From the NCBI GenBank assembly GCA_963844715.1, contig CAWJPJ010000006.1:800001-864000 (forward strand): a DNA stretch of 64,000 bases, read 5' to 3'. The position numbers were made by a program, and so were the translations under genes. The notes under the pieces were generated by a model. The model was not told where the DNA came from, did not search any database, and saw only the letters and a program-made list of their open reading frames with translations. This stretch comes from an uncultured Phycisphaerales bacterium. Lineage in GTDB: Bacteria; Planctomycetota; Phycisphaerae; Tepidisphaerales; Tepidisphaeraceae. This document shows positions 11,837-22,079 of this stretch, in pieces; the stretch's first letter is position 1; each line of letters opens with the position of its first letter.

Positions 11837-12991
11837 TTAAGGCTGAGCGACTGGCTGGGTCGCCGGAACGGCGGCGGTTTCCTTGGCTTTGGCGTCGAGT
11901 CTCGGCTCGAAGCGGTCGTCGATCAGGCGGACGAGTTGGAAATCGTTCTTGTAATCCACGGGAACGAAATGCATCGCGGTTGAATCGGAGGATTCGGAAT
12001 CGGAGGAACCGGACGGCTCGGTTGTCGGCTGGAAGGAGAGGATCGCCTGGTCGATCTTGACGGCGAGGGCCGGATTGAGGTTGTAGAACCAGCCGATGGT
12101 CGTGCGCGGGACGACCTGCGATTCGAAAATCACCCGATATTGATCCGGCGTAATCGACCCGGATGCAAGCATGCGCTGGAGGCGATCGCTGGAGACCGCG
12201 GCAACCTGATAATCGTTGTGGGCGATCCCTTTTATCGACTGCTTCTGACCCATTGACCAGGTGACATAATAGTCTAACTCCGGCCGAAGCGAGGCGTTTT
12301 CATCCAGGAGTACCAGTGCCGCGCGATATCCGACAATGGACGACGGAACGGTACAAACGAGGGTGCGGCCTTTGAGATCGGCGAGGCTGGTAATCGGGGA
12401 ACTGGGCGGAACGATGACGTCCATCTTGTGGCCGGTGATGCCCCCCTGATCCGCCAGTACGCCGACGGGTTCGAAGCCGTAATTATTCACCAGGAAGGGC
12501 GCGTCCGCCGTGTGCAAAGCGACAAGCGTAATGGCGTTCTGGTTGATGCTGGCGATTTGATCGGCGCTATTGGTCCAGACTACGTCCTGAACTTTCTTGC
12601 CCGTGATCTGGGCCAGATGAGCCTCAAACTGCGGCCACGCGACCTGAGCGGCTTCGGGATCATCATCGATGTGGGCCAGAACGATCACCGGAGGATCAAC
12701 CAGTTTGGACGGATCAGCCGGGGGGTCGGCCAGGAGGCGGCCCTGGGAGTCGGTGAAACGCGGGTCGAGGATTTTGTGAGTGGGCTCAACCAGCCCGTAG
12801 CCGCGGACGTTGGCTTCTTCGGTCTTGAGCGCCAGTTCACGAGCGGCCAAGGTCCACCGTGCAAAATTCGCGACGTAGGCGATTGTGCCCAGAATACAGA
12901 CGATCATTATCGCCATGGTCCAGGTCTGAAGAGTGCCGGTTCTGCGGTGTGGGGGAAGCGGCGAGCCTTGCGGGCTGGCGGATTCTGTCAT
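11837..12991 (-). CDS. phosphate/phosphite/phosphonate ABC-type substrate-binding protein (PhnD-like) with N-terminal membrane segment
   Basis: FEAHLAQITGKKV, SPITSLADLKGRTL, SSIVGYRAA, AAVSSDRL and YRVIFES. The N-terminal segment is hydrophobic. Confidence 0.7.
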   Translation of the reverse strand: MTESASPQGSPLPPHRRTGTLQTWTMAIMIVCILGTIAYVANFARWTLAARELALKTEEANVRGYGLVEPTHKILDPRFTDSQGRLLADPPADPSKLVDPPVIVLAHIDDDPEAAQVAWPQFEAHLAQITGKKVQDVVWTNSADQIASINQNAITLVALHTADAPFLVNNYGFEPVGVLADQGGITGHKMDVIVPPSSPITSLADLKGRTLVCTVPSSIVGYRAALVLLDENASLRPELDYYVTWSMGQKQSIKGIAHNDYQVAAVSSDRLQRMLASGSITPDQYRVIFESQVVPRTTIGWFYNLNPALAVKIDQAILSFQPTTEPSGSSDSESSDSTAMHFVPVDYKNDFQLVRLIDDRFEPRLDAKAKETAAVPATQPVAQP

Positions 12992-13142
12992 GAGAGCGTC
13001 TCCTTCCGCCCCTCCGTGGGGACTTTCCCGGGGCGATAGATTGTGAGACGATTCTAATTTAACGCGGGAAAATGCCGATGGGTTCACGAAATCTTAATGG
13101 ACGATTGGATCGCGGGTAGTATCATGTATTTGCGGATCGCAC

Positions 13143-13781
13143 ATGTCTCAAACGCCTGTCAATGCTAAATCTCCGCGAATTCAGGATGTCGAGCTTTCGA
13201 AGCTGCGGCCGACGCAGTTGACGGTTGGGATGTTGCAGGTCAAGTCCAAACGCAAGCGGCTGAGGGAATTGGAAAGACGGCCCGGCGAACTGGTCGGATT
13301 TGTACTCGAGAACCCGATCCGGGTTGTCCTTGGGCCGGCCGACAAGACCTATGTGATCGACCATCATCACCTGGCGCTGGCGCTGGTGCGCGAGGATTTT
13401 CATACCGCGCCAATGCAAATCGAGGCGGATTTTTCGAAGTTGCCGCCGCGACGGTTCTGGACGCGCATGCAACGGAACAAATTTGTCCATCCCGTCGATG
13501 CGCGGGGAAAAAAGGAGCCAATCAAGGATCTGCCCAAGGATTTGAACGACCTGGAGGATGATCCATATCGGGCGCTGGCAGGATTCGTCCGCGAGGCGGG
13601 TGGGTATGCGAAGACAGTGGCTCCGTTCGAGGACTTCAAGTGGGCGGATTTTTTCCGCAAGCAGATTCGCAAGAAGATCGTGAAGGGGGATTTCAAGCGG
13701 GCGCTCAAGCGGGCAATGACACTGTCGCGGACCAAGGCGGCGGCGGGGTTGCCGGGGTATGTGGGGCGGAAGGCGAAATAA
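13143..13781 (+). CDS. ParB-like putative nuclease (ParBc_2 type)
   Basis: LRPTQLTVG, YVIDHHHLALAL, LEDDPYRALAGFVR and PFEDFKWADFFR are the signature blocks of this family. Confidence 0.8.
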   Translation: MSQTPVNAKSPRIQDVELSKLRPTQLTVGMLQVKSKRKRLRELERRPGELVGFVLENPIRVVLGPADKTYVIDHHHLALALVREDFHTAPMQIEADFSKLPPRRFWTRMQRNKFVHPVDARGKKEPIKDLPKDLNDLEDDPYRALAGFVREAGGYAKTVAPFEDFKWADFFRKQIRKKIVKGDFKRALKRAMTLSRTKAAAGLPGYVGRKAK

Positions 13782-13812
13782 ATCGGGGGACCCACGGCAG
13801 CGCCGCGCGCGT

Positions 13813-14516
13813 TCAGGAGAGGAAGAGGCGGCGCGAGGCGGTGAGTTGGGCAACGTAAGTCTTCGCGTCTTCGTCGGGGCGGGATTCCAGAGTTTCAATT
13901 GCTTTTTCGAACGCCGCGGCGGAGGCGGTGTCGCGGGGGTTTCTGCCCAGCTTGGCGAGCGCGAAATAGCCGGTGTAACAGAGTTTCGTGGATTCGTGAG
14001 CGGGGTCGTTTGACGGAAGCGCGTCCTGGGCGGATTGAAAATCCATCATGGCCAGATCAAAGTCGCCCGCGGCGAGGTTGTGTCGCCGAGGAGCCAATGT
14101 GCCATGGCCACTCGGTCGAGCGGTTTTTGCAAATCAAGGGCGAGGCGCAGATTCAGCCGCGCGCAATCCCGCCCGGCTGCGAGATCTGCCGCGGTGGGGT
14201 CGATCCCGGGCTCTTCCCAGCCGGGCCAGGTGAACGAGCCGACGTCGTAGGCGATTGACTTTGCGGTGGAGCGGAAGAAATCGACGTCTTGCGGGGACGT
14301 GCAAATCAGGGATTGGCTGAGGCAATAGAAAATCCCGGCGCGGCCGATGGTCACGGCGGCGGGCAAATCGTGGCTTTTCCAATAAACGTCCCCCCGCAAC
14401 GAATGATACGCGGCGGCGACATCGCGCGGCGAGCCGTCGCGCTGGATGAGTTCGGCGGCGGCGAACGAATCCCCGCTATGCAGCGCATTCAGAACTTGCT
14501 GCGCCGCGACGTTCAT
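13813..14516 (-). CDS. hypothetical helical protein; frameshift near 14075
   Basis: ORFs 14046..14516 and 13813..14097 join. The start overlaps the aquaporin stop (ATGA). Confidence 0.55.
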
Positions 14517-15141
14517 GAGTTGCCCAGATCGAGGATGCCGAATACGGCCGCGGAGGCGAACGCGCCCAGTATTTCACCAATGAGAAGATAGAGGAAGCTC
14601 CCCCAGTCGGAAACGTGCAGGAGCGTGATGCCGAGGGCCACGGCCGGGTTAAACGCCCCGCCGGAGATCCCCCCACCGCGAACGCGCCGACCATGACCGT
14701 GCTGCCGATGGCCAAGCCGTAATAGGAATTTCCCGCGACGCTGTCGACCGTGGCGACATTGAGAACGACAAAGGTAAGGGCGAATGTAAAGAGGAACTCG
14801 GCAAGAATCGTCGGCCCGGCATGAAGCTCGGCGGGAATCGGGGAATGGCCATTTTTGAGATAAGTGACAGCCGCGACGGCAAGAGCCGCGCCGAGAAACT
14901 CAGCGATGGTGTCGGCGATCCACTGGCGCGCCGGAAGTTTCCCTCGCAAAAAGACAGAGAGTGCGACCGCCGGATTGTAGAGACCGCCGGAAACATGTCC
15001 TCCGGCGTAGACCATGATCATGAGCGATGCGCCGATGGCGATGGGGGCGAAATTGCCCGCGCCAGGCGTGATAACGCATTGGCCGACCGTGAAGACGAGG
15101 AAGAAGGTTCCGATCGCCTCGACGATGAATTTCTTTGGCAT
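14513..15141 (-). CDS. MIP-family aquaporin; frameshift near 14670
   Basis: VEAIGTFFLV, SGGLYNPAV and AEFLFTFAL. The second NPA (GAFNPAV) is in the shifted frame. Confidence 0.88.
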
Positions 15142-15353
15142 GTTGAGTCTCCGCGCAAACCCGCCGGACCGTATTGAGCGGAGGGGACTTTACTTTTCGG
15201 CCGGGGGAATCGCAATTAATACTCGTTGGGGACGACATCGCCGGGGCTTGGGCGGCTGGTTGGAGAGCGGCGGCGGTTTTGCGGGGCGTCACGGCTTGGT
15301 TACAATCCCGCGCGGTTGTGGGTTAGGCCAATGGATTCGGCCGGGCAGTTGAG

Positions 15354-16586
15354 ATGGACCTTTACGATATCGTCGCCATCCTGGTCGCTTTGACCGCGAT
15401 CTTCAGCTATTTGAACCATCGATATATCCGCCTGCCCGCGACGGTCGGGGTGATGCTCATCTCGATGCTGCTATCGATCGTTCTGACGGCACTGGGAAAA
15501 TTCGGATATGGGATCGGGCACGACGCGCGGACGCTAGTCGGGCATATTCAGTTTGGGAATGTGCTGCTGAGCTGGATGTTGGGCTTCTTGCTCTTCGCGG
15601 GGGCCATGAGCATCGAACTGGGAGAACTGGCCCGGCAGCGCGGAATCACCGCTGGACTCTCGATCTTCGGAACCGTGGCGTCGACCTTTCTGATCGGGGC
15701 TCTGGCGTGGCTCGTGAATCTGATGCTGCGGCTGAAATTGTCGTGGCTGAATTGCCTGACGCTGGGGGCCCTGCTCTCGCCAACCGATCCAGTGGCGGTG
15801 CTGGCGCTCGTGCGGCGCGCAGGCGCGCCGAAAAGCATCGAGACGATCATCGCCGGGGAATCGCTGTTCAACGACGGCGTCGGCGTGGTGATTTTTCTCA
15901 CGCTTTTACAACTGACGCAAAGCGCCGGCGCGGTAGCCGGTGGCGACGTGGTGCGGATGTTTATTCAGCAGTCATTCGGGGGAGCCGTGCTGGGGCTTTT
16001 GGCAGGGCTGGTCACGTATCGCATGTTGCGCGACATCGTGGATTTTCAGGTCGCCGTGCTGCTGACTTTGGCGCTGGTGATGGGGATTTGCGCTCTCGCG
16101 CAGGCGCTGCAAGTTTCGGGGCCGATCGCGGTGGTGGTGGCAGGGATTTTGATCGGAAATCGCGGGGCGATGCTAACGATGCCCGCGCAGGCAGTGTCCG
16201 ATTTAACAAAGTTCTGGGAATTGATCGAAGAGATTTTAAACGGCATCCTCTTCGTCCTGATCGGCCTGGAGATCATGGTGATGCCGTATTCGCTGAGGTT
16301 TCTCTTCGCGGCGGTCCTGATGATTCCGCTGGTCTTGGGATCGCGCTGGGCAAGCGTGGCCGGAATGCTCCGCGTCCTGGCGCCCAAACGCGTGGACCGC
16401 CCGGCGATGATCAAGATTCTCACCTGGGGTGGTTTGCGCGGAGGCCTGGCGATCGCGATGGCGCTGTCGATCCCGGACCAGGCGGTCAGGCATCCAATCG
16501 TCGCGATCACTTACGGCGTGGTGGCGTTTTCCATTCTAGTGCAAGGAACGACAGTTCGCTTCGTGATCGAAAATGCGCTGAAATGA
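15354..16586 (+). CDS. CPA1-family Na+/H+ antiporter (NhaP-like)
   Basis: LSPTDPVAV, GESLFNDGVG and WGGLRGGLAIA, with about 12 hydrophobic segments. Confidence 0.9.
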   Translation: MDLYDIVAILVALTAIFSYLNHRYIRLPATVGVMLISMLLSIVLTALGKFGYGIGHDARTLVGHIQFGNVLLSWMLGFLLFAGAMSIELGELARQRGITAGLSIFGTVASTFLIGALAWLVNLMLRLKLSWLNCLTLGALLSPTDPVAVLALVRRAGAPKSIETIIAGESLFNDGVGVVIFLTLLQLTQSAGAVAGGDVVRMFIQQSFGGAVLGLLAGLVTYRMLRDIVDFQVAVLLTLALVMGICALAQALQVSGPIAVVVAGILIGNRGAMLTMPAQAVSDLTKFWELIEEILNGILFVLIGLEIMVMPYSLRFLFAAVLMIPLVLGSRWASVAGMLRVLAPKRVDRPAMIKILTWGGLRGGLAIAMALSIPDQAVRHPIVAITYGVVAFSILVQGTTVRFVIENALK

Positions 16587-16595
16587 TCTCCTTCG

Positions 16596-16700
16596 CCTCT
16601 CCCCGGTATTCCGGGGAGAGGTTGGGTGAGGGGCGGCTTTCGAAACTCGAAAGACGCCCCTCACCCTTGCCCTCTCCCCATGAGTACATAGGGAGAGGGG
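16596..16700. repeat. inverted doublet of REP-like palindromes (REPIN-like)
   Basis: cctctccccggtattccggggagaggttgggtgaggggc, a short spacer, then gcccctcacccttgccctctccccatgagtacatagggagagggg. Confidence 0.8.
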
Positions 16701-16757
16701 AAAATGCGGCGTTACGAAAATCGCCGGCGGTTATTAACATGACGGCGGGAGGCTGAC

Positions 16758-18956
16758 ATGCGGCATGGGATTCTTTTTGCGGCACTTATTGGTTTCATCG
16801 GATTTACGACGATTGCGCGCACCGACGTTACCACGGCTCCGTCGTCGCGCTGGCCGATGATGACGACGGCGTCCAACGGCGCCCAGGTAACCATCTTCCA
16901 GCCGCAGCTCGATGATTTCCAAGGCGATCAGCTTTCGGCGCACGCGGCGGTGGCGGTTCAGATGCCGGGAGCGGCGCAGCCGACCTATGGGGCGATCTGG
17001 CTTCAGAGCCAGGTTTCGATCGATCGGGCGGCGCGGACGGTGCAGGTCATTCAAGTGACGATTCCGCGCTCGACTATCCCGGGATACGACGCGCCGACGA
17101 CGCAGGCGTTTACCGATGCGATCCAGCAGGCGCTGATGGCCAGCCCGGCGACGCTCTCGCTGGATCAATTGCTGGAAATGCTTCAGGCCGTGCAGACGGC
17201 ACAGCAACAGGCGACCGATTTGCAGAACAACCCGCCGCGGATCATTTTTCTTCAGCATCCGGCCGTGAAGGTGCAGTATGACGGCGCGCCCCGGCTCATG
17301 GAAGTGGCGAATTCAAATCTGCTTCGGGCCGTGAACACGCCATTTTTCGTGGTGCTCGACCCGACGACCAAGACGTATTACCTAAAAGGCGCCGGGCGCT
17401 GGTTTTCCGGGCCGGATGCGATGGGGCCGTTCGGGTTGAGCGCAGGGCGCCGCCGAACATTGTGGATCTGGCCAATCAGAGCGGATACGCCGATCCGGCG
17501 CAGCCGGTCTCGGATGTGACGGCGCAGGCGCTGGAGATTGTCGTCGCGACCGACCCGACCGAGCTGATCTGGACCGATGGCGCCGCGCAGCTTACGCCTA
17601 TTTCGGGTACCAATCTGCTTTATTATTCGAACACGGAATCGGACGTTTTCAGATCGATCAGCACGCAGCAGCTATACGTGCTGCTGTCGGGGCGATGGTA
17701 TTCCGGGCCGAATGAAAACGGGCCTTGGGCTTACGTTGCGCCGAACCAGTTGCCCGCGGATTTTGCGCAGATTCCCCCGGGAAGCCCCAAGGCGAATGTG
17801 CTGGCGTTTGTCCCGGGGACGCAGGCGGCGCAGGACGCGACGGCCGATACCTACATCCCGCAGACCGCCGCGATTGATACGAATAACTATCAGCAGCCGC
17901 CGGTGGATTACGACGGCGATCCGGATTTCGTGCCCATCCAGGGGACGGCGTTGACCTACGCGGACAATTGCCAGACTCCGGTGGTTTGTTGCGCTGGGAC
18001 CTATTACTGCTGCTCCAACGCGGTGTGGTATCAGTGCGCGACGCCGCGCGGGCGTTGGGATTTGTGCCGTCGCGTTCCCCCCGCGATTTACACGATCCCG
18101 CCATCATGCGCGATTTATCCTGTCAGATATTGTTACGTTTACGGCTACACTCCGACCGCGGTGTATTGCGGCTACACGCCGGGTTACACGGGTTGCTACG
18201 CCACCGGCGGCGTGGTGGTTTATGGAACCGGGTATTACTACAACGCGTGGGTCGGAAACACCTACATTCCGCGGCCGCTGACGTTCGGGTTTTCCGCGCG
18301 ATATGACCCATATTCGGGACACTGGGGATTTGGATTCTGCGCTGGCGACCGGAGGGGGCGGGTTGTGGGTCGGGTATTCGCCGCAGGTGGTCGTCGGAGG
18401 AGCGTGGTTTGGATACGGCGGGTATCGGCCGACGCTTTTGAGGGGCAATGCGCATCCGGATTTTCGAACCCAATCGCCGCCGCGCATTACGGCGCGAGCG
18501 GACGTTTATGCGCGCAATCTTTATCAGGATCGGCGGGATGTTCGGGCCTATGTCCCGCCGCAGCGCCCGGTTCAGCAGGTTCGTCCGGCAAATCCCGATA
18601 TCGGGCGGCAGGATATTTACGCCGATGGTAACGGGCAGATTTACCGGCACACGCAGGACGGATGGCAGTCGAGGCAGGGAGACCAGTGGCAGTCCGCGCC
18701 GGTCGCCGCGCCGGATCGATCGCAACCTCGTCAGCCGCAGGCCCAGCCCCAGGATCAACCGAGGCAACCTCAGCAGGATCAGCCTAGGCAACCCGCGCCG
18801 GCAAATCCCGATCGTGGAAGGTCGCCGGATATGGGGCAATTGGATCGGGATCGCACGGCGCGTCAGCAGGGAGATCAGCGTGGGAATTCGGGGTGGTCGC
18901 CCGGCGGGCGCGACTCCGGCGGACGCGATTCCGGCGGCGGGGGTCAGCGGAGGTAA
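16758..18956 (+). CDS. secreted hypothetical protein with Tyr/Gly-rich region and Q/P/R-rich tail; two frameshifts
   Basis: Signal peptide MRHGILFAALIGFIG. Motifs include VNTPFFV, YVLLSGRWY, TYIPQTAAI and VVYGTGYYY. The tail has QPRQPQ repeats. Confidence 0.65.
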
Positions 18957-18965
18957 AGCCGCGGA

Positions 18966-21900
18966 CTACGAGGCCGTTCCAAAGCTAGCGCCGTGAAATA
19001 CGTCGCGGACCGCGGAGATGGCGCGTTTGCTAAGCACTCGGAATCGGTCGAGGTAAAGATAAATGATGGGCGTCGTGTAGAGCGTGAGCATCTGGCTCAC
19101 GATGAGCCCGCCGACGATGGCGATGCCGAGCGGACGGCGAAGTTCCGAGCCGGTGCCGGTCCCCAGGGCGAGGGGCAATCCGCCGAGCAGCGCGGCCATC
19201 GTGGTCATCATGATCGGGCGGAAGCGAAGAAGGCACGCCTGGTAGATCGCGTCCTTGGGATTCATGTTGTGGGTGCGCTGCTGCTGGAGGGCGAAGTCGA
19301 TCATCATAATGGCGTTTTTCTTCACGATGCCGATCAGCAGGATGATCCCGATCATTCCCATGATGTCCAACTGAACGTTGCAGATCAGCAAGGCCAGAAG
19401 CGCGCCGACGCCCGCCGAGGGGATCGTGGAAAGAATCGTGATCGGATGGACGAGGCTTTCGTAAAGCATCCCGAGAACGATGTAAACGGCCAGAATCGCC
19501 GCGATGACGAGAAGCTCCTCGCCCGAGATGGACGCCTGGAAGGCCTGGGCGGTTCCCTGGAAGCTGCCGCGCACACTGGCGGGCATATCGAGTTCGCGCT
19601 CGGCATTATTGATCGCGACGACGGCTTCGCTTAGCGCTTGACCCACCGGCATGTTGAACGAGATCGTCGTGGCGGGAAACTGGCCCTGGTGATTGACGGC
19701 AATCGAGGTCGTGCCCTCCTCGTAATGGGCGACGGCGCTAAGGGGGACGAGCGAGCCGTTTGCGCCGTGCACATAGATGTATTTGAGTCCGTCGGGGTTT
19801 TGCCAATATTGCGAATCCACATCCTCCACCACGTGATACTGATTCAGCGCGGTGTACATCGTGGAAACCTGCGCCTGTCCGAATGCGTCGTAGAGGGCGT
19901 CGTCGATGGCGGAGGCGGTGACGCCCAGGCGGCCGGCGTTTTGGCGATCGATGACGAGATTGGCGAGTAGGCCGCTCACCTGCTGGTCGCTATTCACGTC
20001 GGCCAGGGTGTGCACGGTCCGGAGTTTGGCAGTGAGTATGGGCGCCCAGTGGAGCAATTCCTGGAGATTGTCATCCTGAAGGGTGTATTGATACGTGGCC
20101 GCGGAAGAGCGGCCGCCGACGCGGAGATCCTGCACGGGACTGAGATAGAGGGTCGCGCCGGGGATGCCGGCCAGCGTGCGGCGCATGCGAGCGACGACCA
20201 GAGCAGCGGAATCCTTACGCGGGCCCAGGGGCTTGAGGCTGATGAACATCGACCCGGTGTTGTAGCCTCGCCCTCCCCCGCAGAAGGCAATGACGCCGTC
20301 GACGTCTTTATCTTTTTGGACGCCCGCCGAGAATTGCGTCAGCAAGCGCGACATCGACTGAAAGCTTGTGTCCTGGTCCGCCTGGATGGTTCCGATGATG
20401 CGGCCGGTGTCTTGATCGGGGAAGAAACCCTTGGGGAGGACGGCGGCAAGGAACAGCGTGAAAACGACGGTGAGACCCGTGGCAACGATCATCACCAGAG
20501 GGTGGCGAAGCACAACAGTCAAGGTGCGATCGTACAACCTCAGCACGGCCTGGAAAATACGCTCGTTGAGGCGGTAGATGCGGCCGTGTTTTTCCTCGGC
20601 GTGAGAACGGAGCAGCGCCGCGCACATCATGGGGGTGGTGGTGAGCGAGACGATTAGAGAAACGCCGATGGCAACGGAGAGGACCACCGCAAATTCGCGG
20701 AATAACCGCCCCAGGATCCCGCCCATAAGAAGAATCGGCAGAAAGACTGCAACGAGGGAGGTGCTCATCGACAGGACGGTGAATCCGATTTCCTGAGCGC
20801 CCAGCAACGACGCCTTGAGCGGCGCCATTCCGGCTTCGAGATGGCGGGTGATGTTTTCGATGACGACGATGGCATCGTCCACCACGAATCCCGTCGCGAT
20901 CGTCAGCGCCATCAGGGAAAGGTTGTCGATGCTGTAGTCCAGGAGATACATGACGCCGAACGTGCCAATGAGCGAGACGGGGACGGCGACGCTGGGGATA
21001 ATCGTGCTGCGGACGCTGCGCAGGAAGACAAAGACGACCAGGACGACCAGGATCATGGAGATGAGAAGAGTGAATTCGGTGTCGTGGACGCTGGCGCGGA
21101 TCGTGGTGGTTCGATCCATGACCGTGGAGAGATGGATGGCGGCGGGAATTTCCGCCTGCATTACCGGCATTCTGGCCAGGACGTTGTCCACCGTGGAAAT
21201 GATGTTGGCGCCGGGTTGGCGGAAGATGACGAGCAGAACGGCCGGGACGCCGTTGGCGGTCCCGGCGTTGCGAATATCCTCAACGGAATCGGTGACGGTG
21301 GCGATATCCGAAAGCCGAATCGGCGCGCCATTGCTGTAGGAGACGATCACCGGCTTGTATTCGTTGGCGCTGAGCAATTGATCGGTGGCTTGCAGCAGCC
21401 AGCGGTGCCTTCCGTCGGAGACGTCGCCTTTGGGGCTGTTGGCGTTGGCGTTGGCCAGGACGGTTTGCACGTCGGTGAGGGCCAGCCCGGTGTTGTTCAG
21501 GGCCGTGGGATTGACGTCAACCCGGACCGCCGGAAGCGCACCGCCGGCCACCGACACCTGCCCCACGCCGTCCAACTGGGATAATTCCTGGGCGAGCACG
21601 GAGGAGGCGACGTCGTACATCCGGCCCTTGGTGTACGTATTGGATGTCAGAGCCAGGATCAGAATCGGCGCATCGGCGGGGTTTACTTTCCGATAAGTCG
21701 GATTGCTGGGGAGATTAGTGGGGAGATTTCCGCGGGCGGCGTTGATGGCAGCCTGGACGTCGCGGGCCGCGGCATCGATGTCTCGGCTCAAGTCGAACTG
21801 GAGAACGATCGTGGTCGAGCCCAATGAACTCGAGGAGGTCATTTCGCTGACCGAGGCGATGTGCCCGAATTGGCGCTCCAAGGGCGTGGCGACGGAGGAG

Positions 21901-22079
21901 GCCATCGTTTCCGGACTGGCGCCCGGCAAACTCGCCGAGACGGCGACCGTCGGAAAATCCACCTGCGGGAGCGGAGAGACCGGAAGAAATCGATACGCCA
22001 GCGCACCGGCGAGGGCCACGGCGATGGTCAGCAGCGTCGTCCCGACGGGGCGATGAATGAACAGCGTGGAAATGTTCAC
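18966..22079 (-). CDS. mdtC: RND efflux permease subunit MdtC
   Basis: 1037 aa with [49 protein letters not shown] and RFRPIMMTT. It is the third gene of the A-B-C order. Confidence 0.9.
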   Translation of the reverse strand: MNISTLFIHRPVGTTLLTIAVALAGALAYRFLPVSPLPQVDFPTVAVSASLPGASPETMASSVATPLERQFGHIASVSEMTSSSSLGSTTIVLQFDLSRDIDAAARDVQAAINAARGNLPTNLPSNPTYRKVNPADAPILILALTSNTYTKGRMYDVASSVLAQELSQLDGVGQVSVAGGALPAVRVDVNPTALNNTGLALTDVQTVLANANANSPKGDVSDGRHRWLLQATDQLLSANEYKPVIVSYSNGAPIRLSDIATVTDSVEDIRNAGTANGVPAVLLVIFRQPGANIISTVDNVLARMPVMQAEIPAAIHLSTVMDRTTTIRASVHDTEFTLLISMILVVLVVFVFLRSVRSTIIPSVAVPVSLIGTFGVMYLLDYSIDNLSLMALTIATGFVVDDAIVVIENITRHLEAGMAPLKASLLGAQEIGFTVLSMSTSLVAVFLPILLMGGILGRLFREFAVVLSVAIGVSLIVSLTTTPMMCAALLRSHAEEKHGRIYRLNERIFQAVLRLYDRTLTVVLRHPLVMIVATGLTVVFTLFLAAVLPKGFFPDQDTGRIIGTIQADQDTSFQSMSRLLTQFSAGVQKDKDVDGVIAFCGGGRGYNTGSMFISLKPLGPRKDSAALVVARMRRTLAGIPGATLYLSPVQDLRVGGRSSAATYQYTLQDDNLQELLHWAPILTAKLRTVHTLADVNSDQQVSGLLANLVIDRQNAGRLGVTASAIDDALYDAFGQAQVSTMYTALNQYHVVEDVDSQYWQNPDGLKYIYVHGANGSLVPLSAVAHYEEGTTSIAVNHQGQFPATTISFNMPVGQALSEAVVAINNAERELDMPASVRGSFQGTAQAFQASISGEELLVIAAILAVYIVLGMLYESLVHPITILSTIPSAGVGALLALLICNVQLDIMGMIGIILLIGIVKKNAIMMIDFALQQQRTHNMNPKDAIYQACLLRFRPIMMTTMAALLGGLPLALGTGTGSELRRPLGIAIVGGLIVSQMLTLYTTPIIYLYLDRFRVLSKRAISAVRDVFHGASFGTAS

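Noticed and set aside
18720..18950. Repeats at the 3' end of the secreted hypothetical gene as a DNA element
   Set aside because: They are codon-phased low-complexity protein repeats (QPRQPQ, GGRDS).
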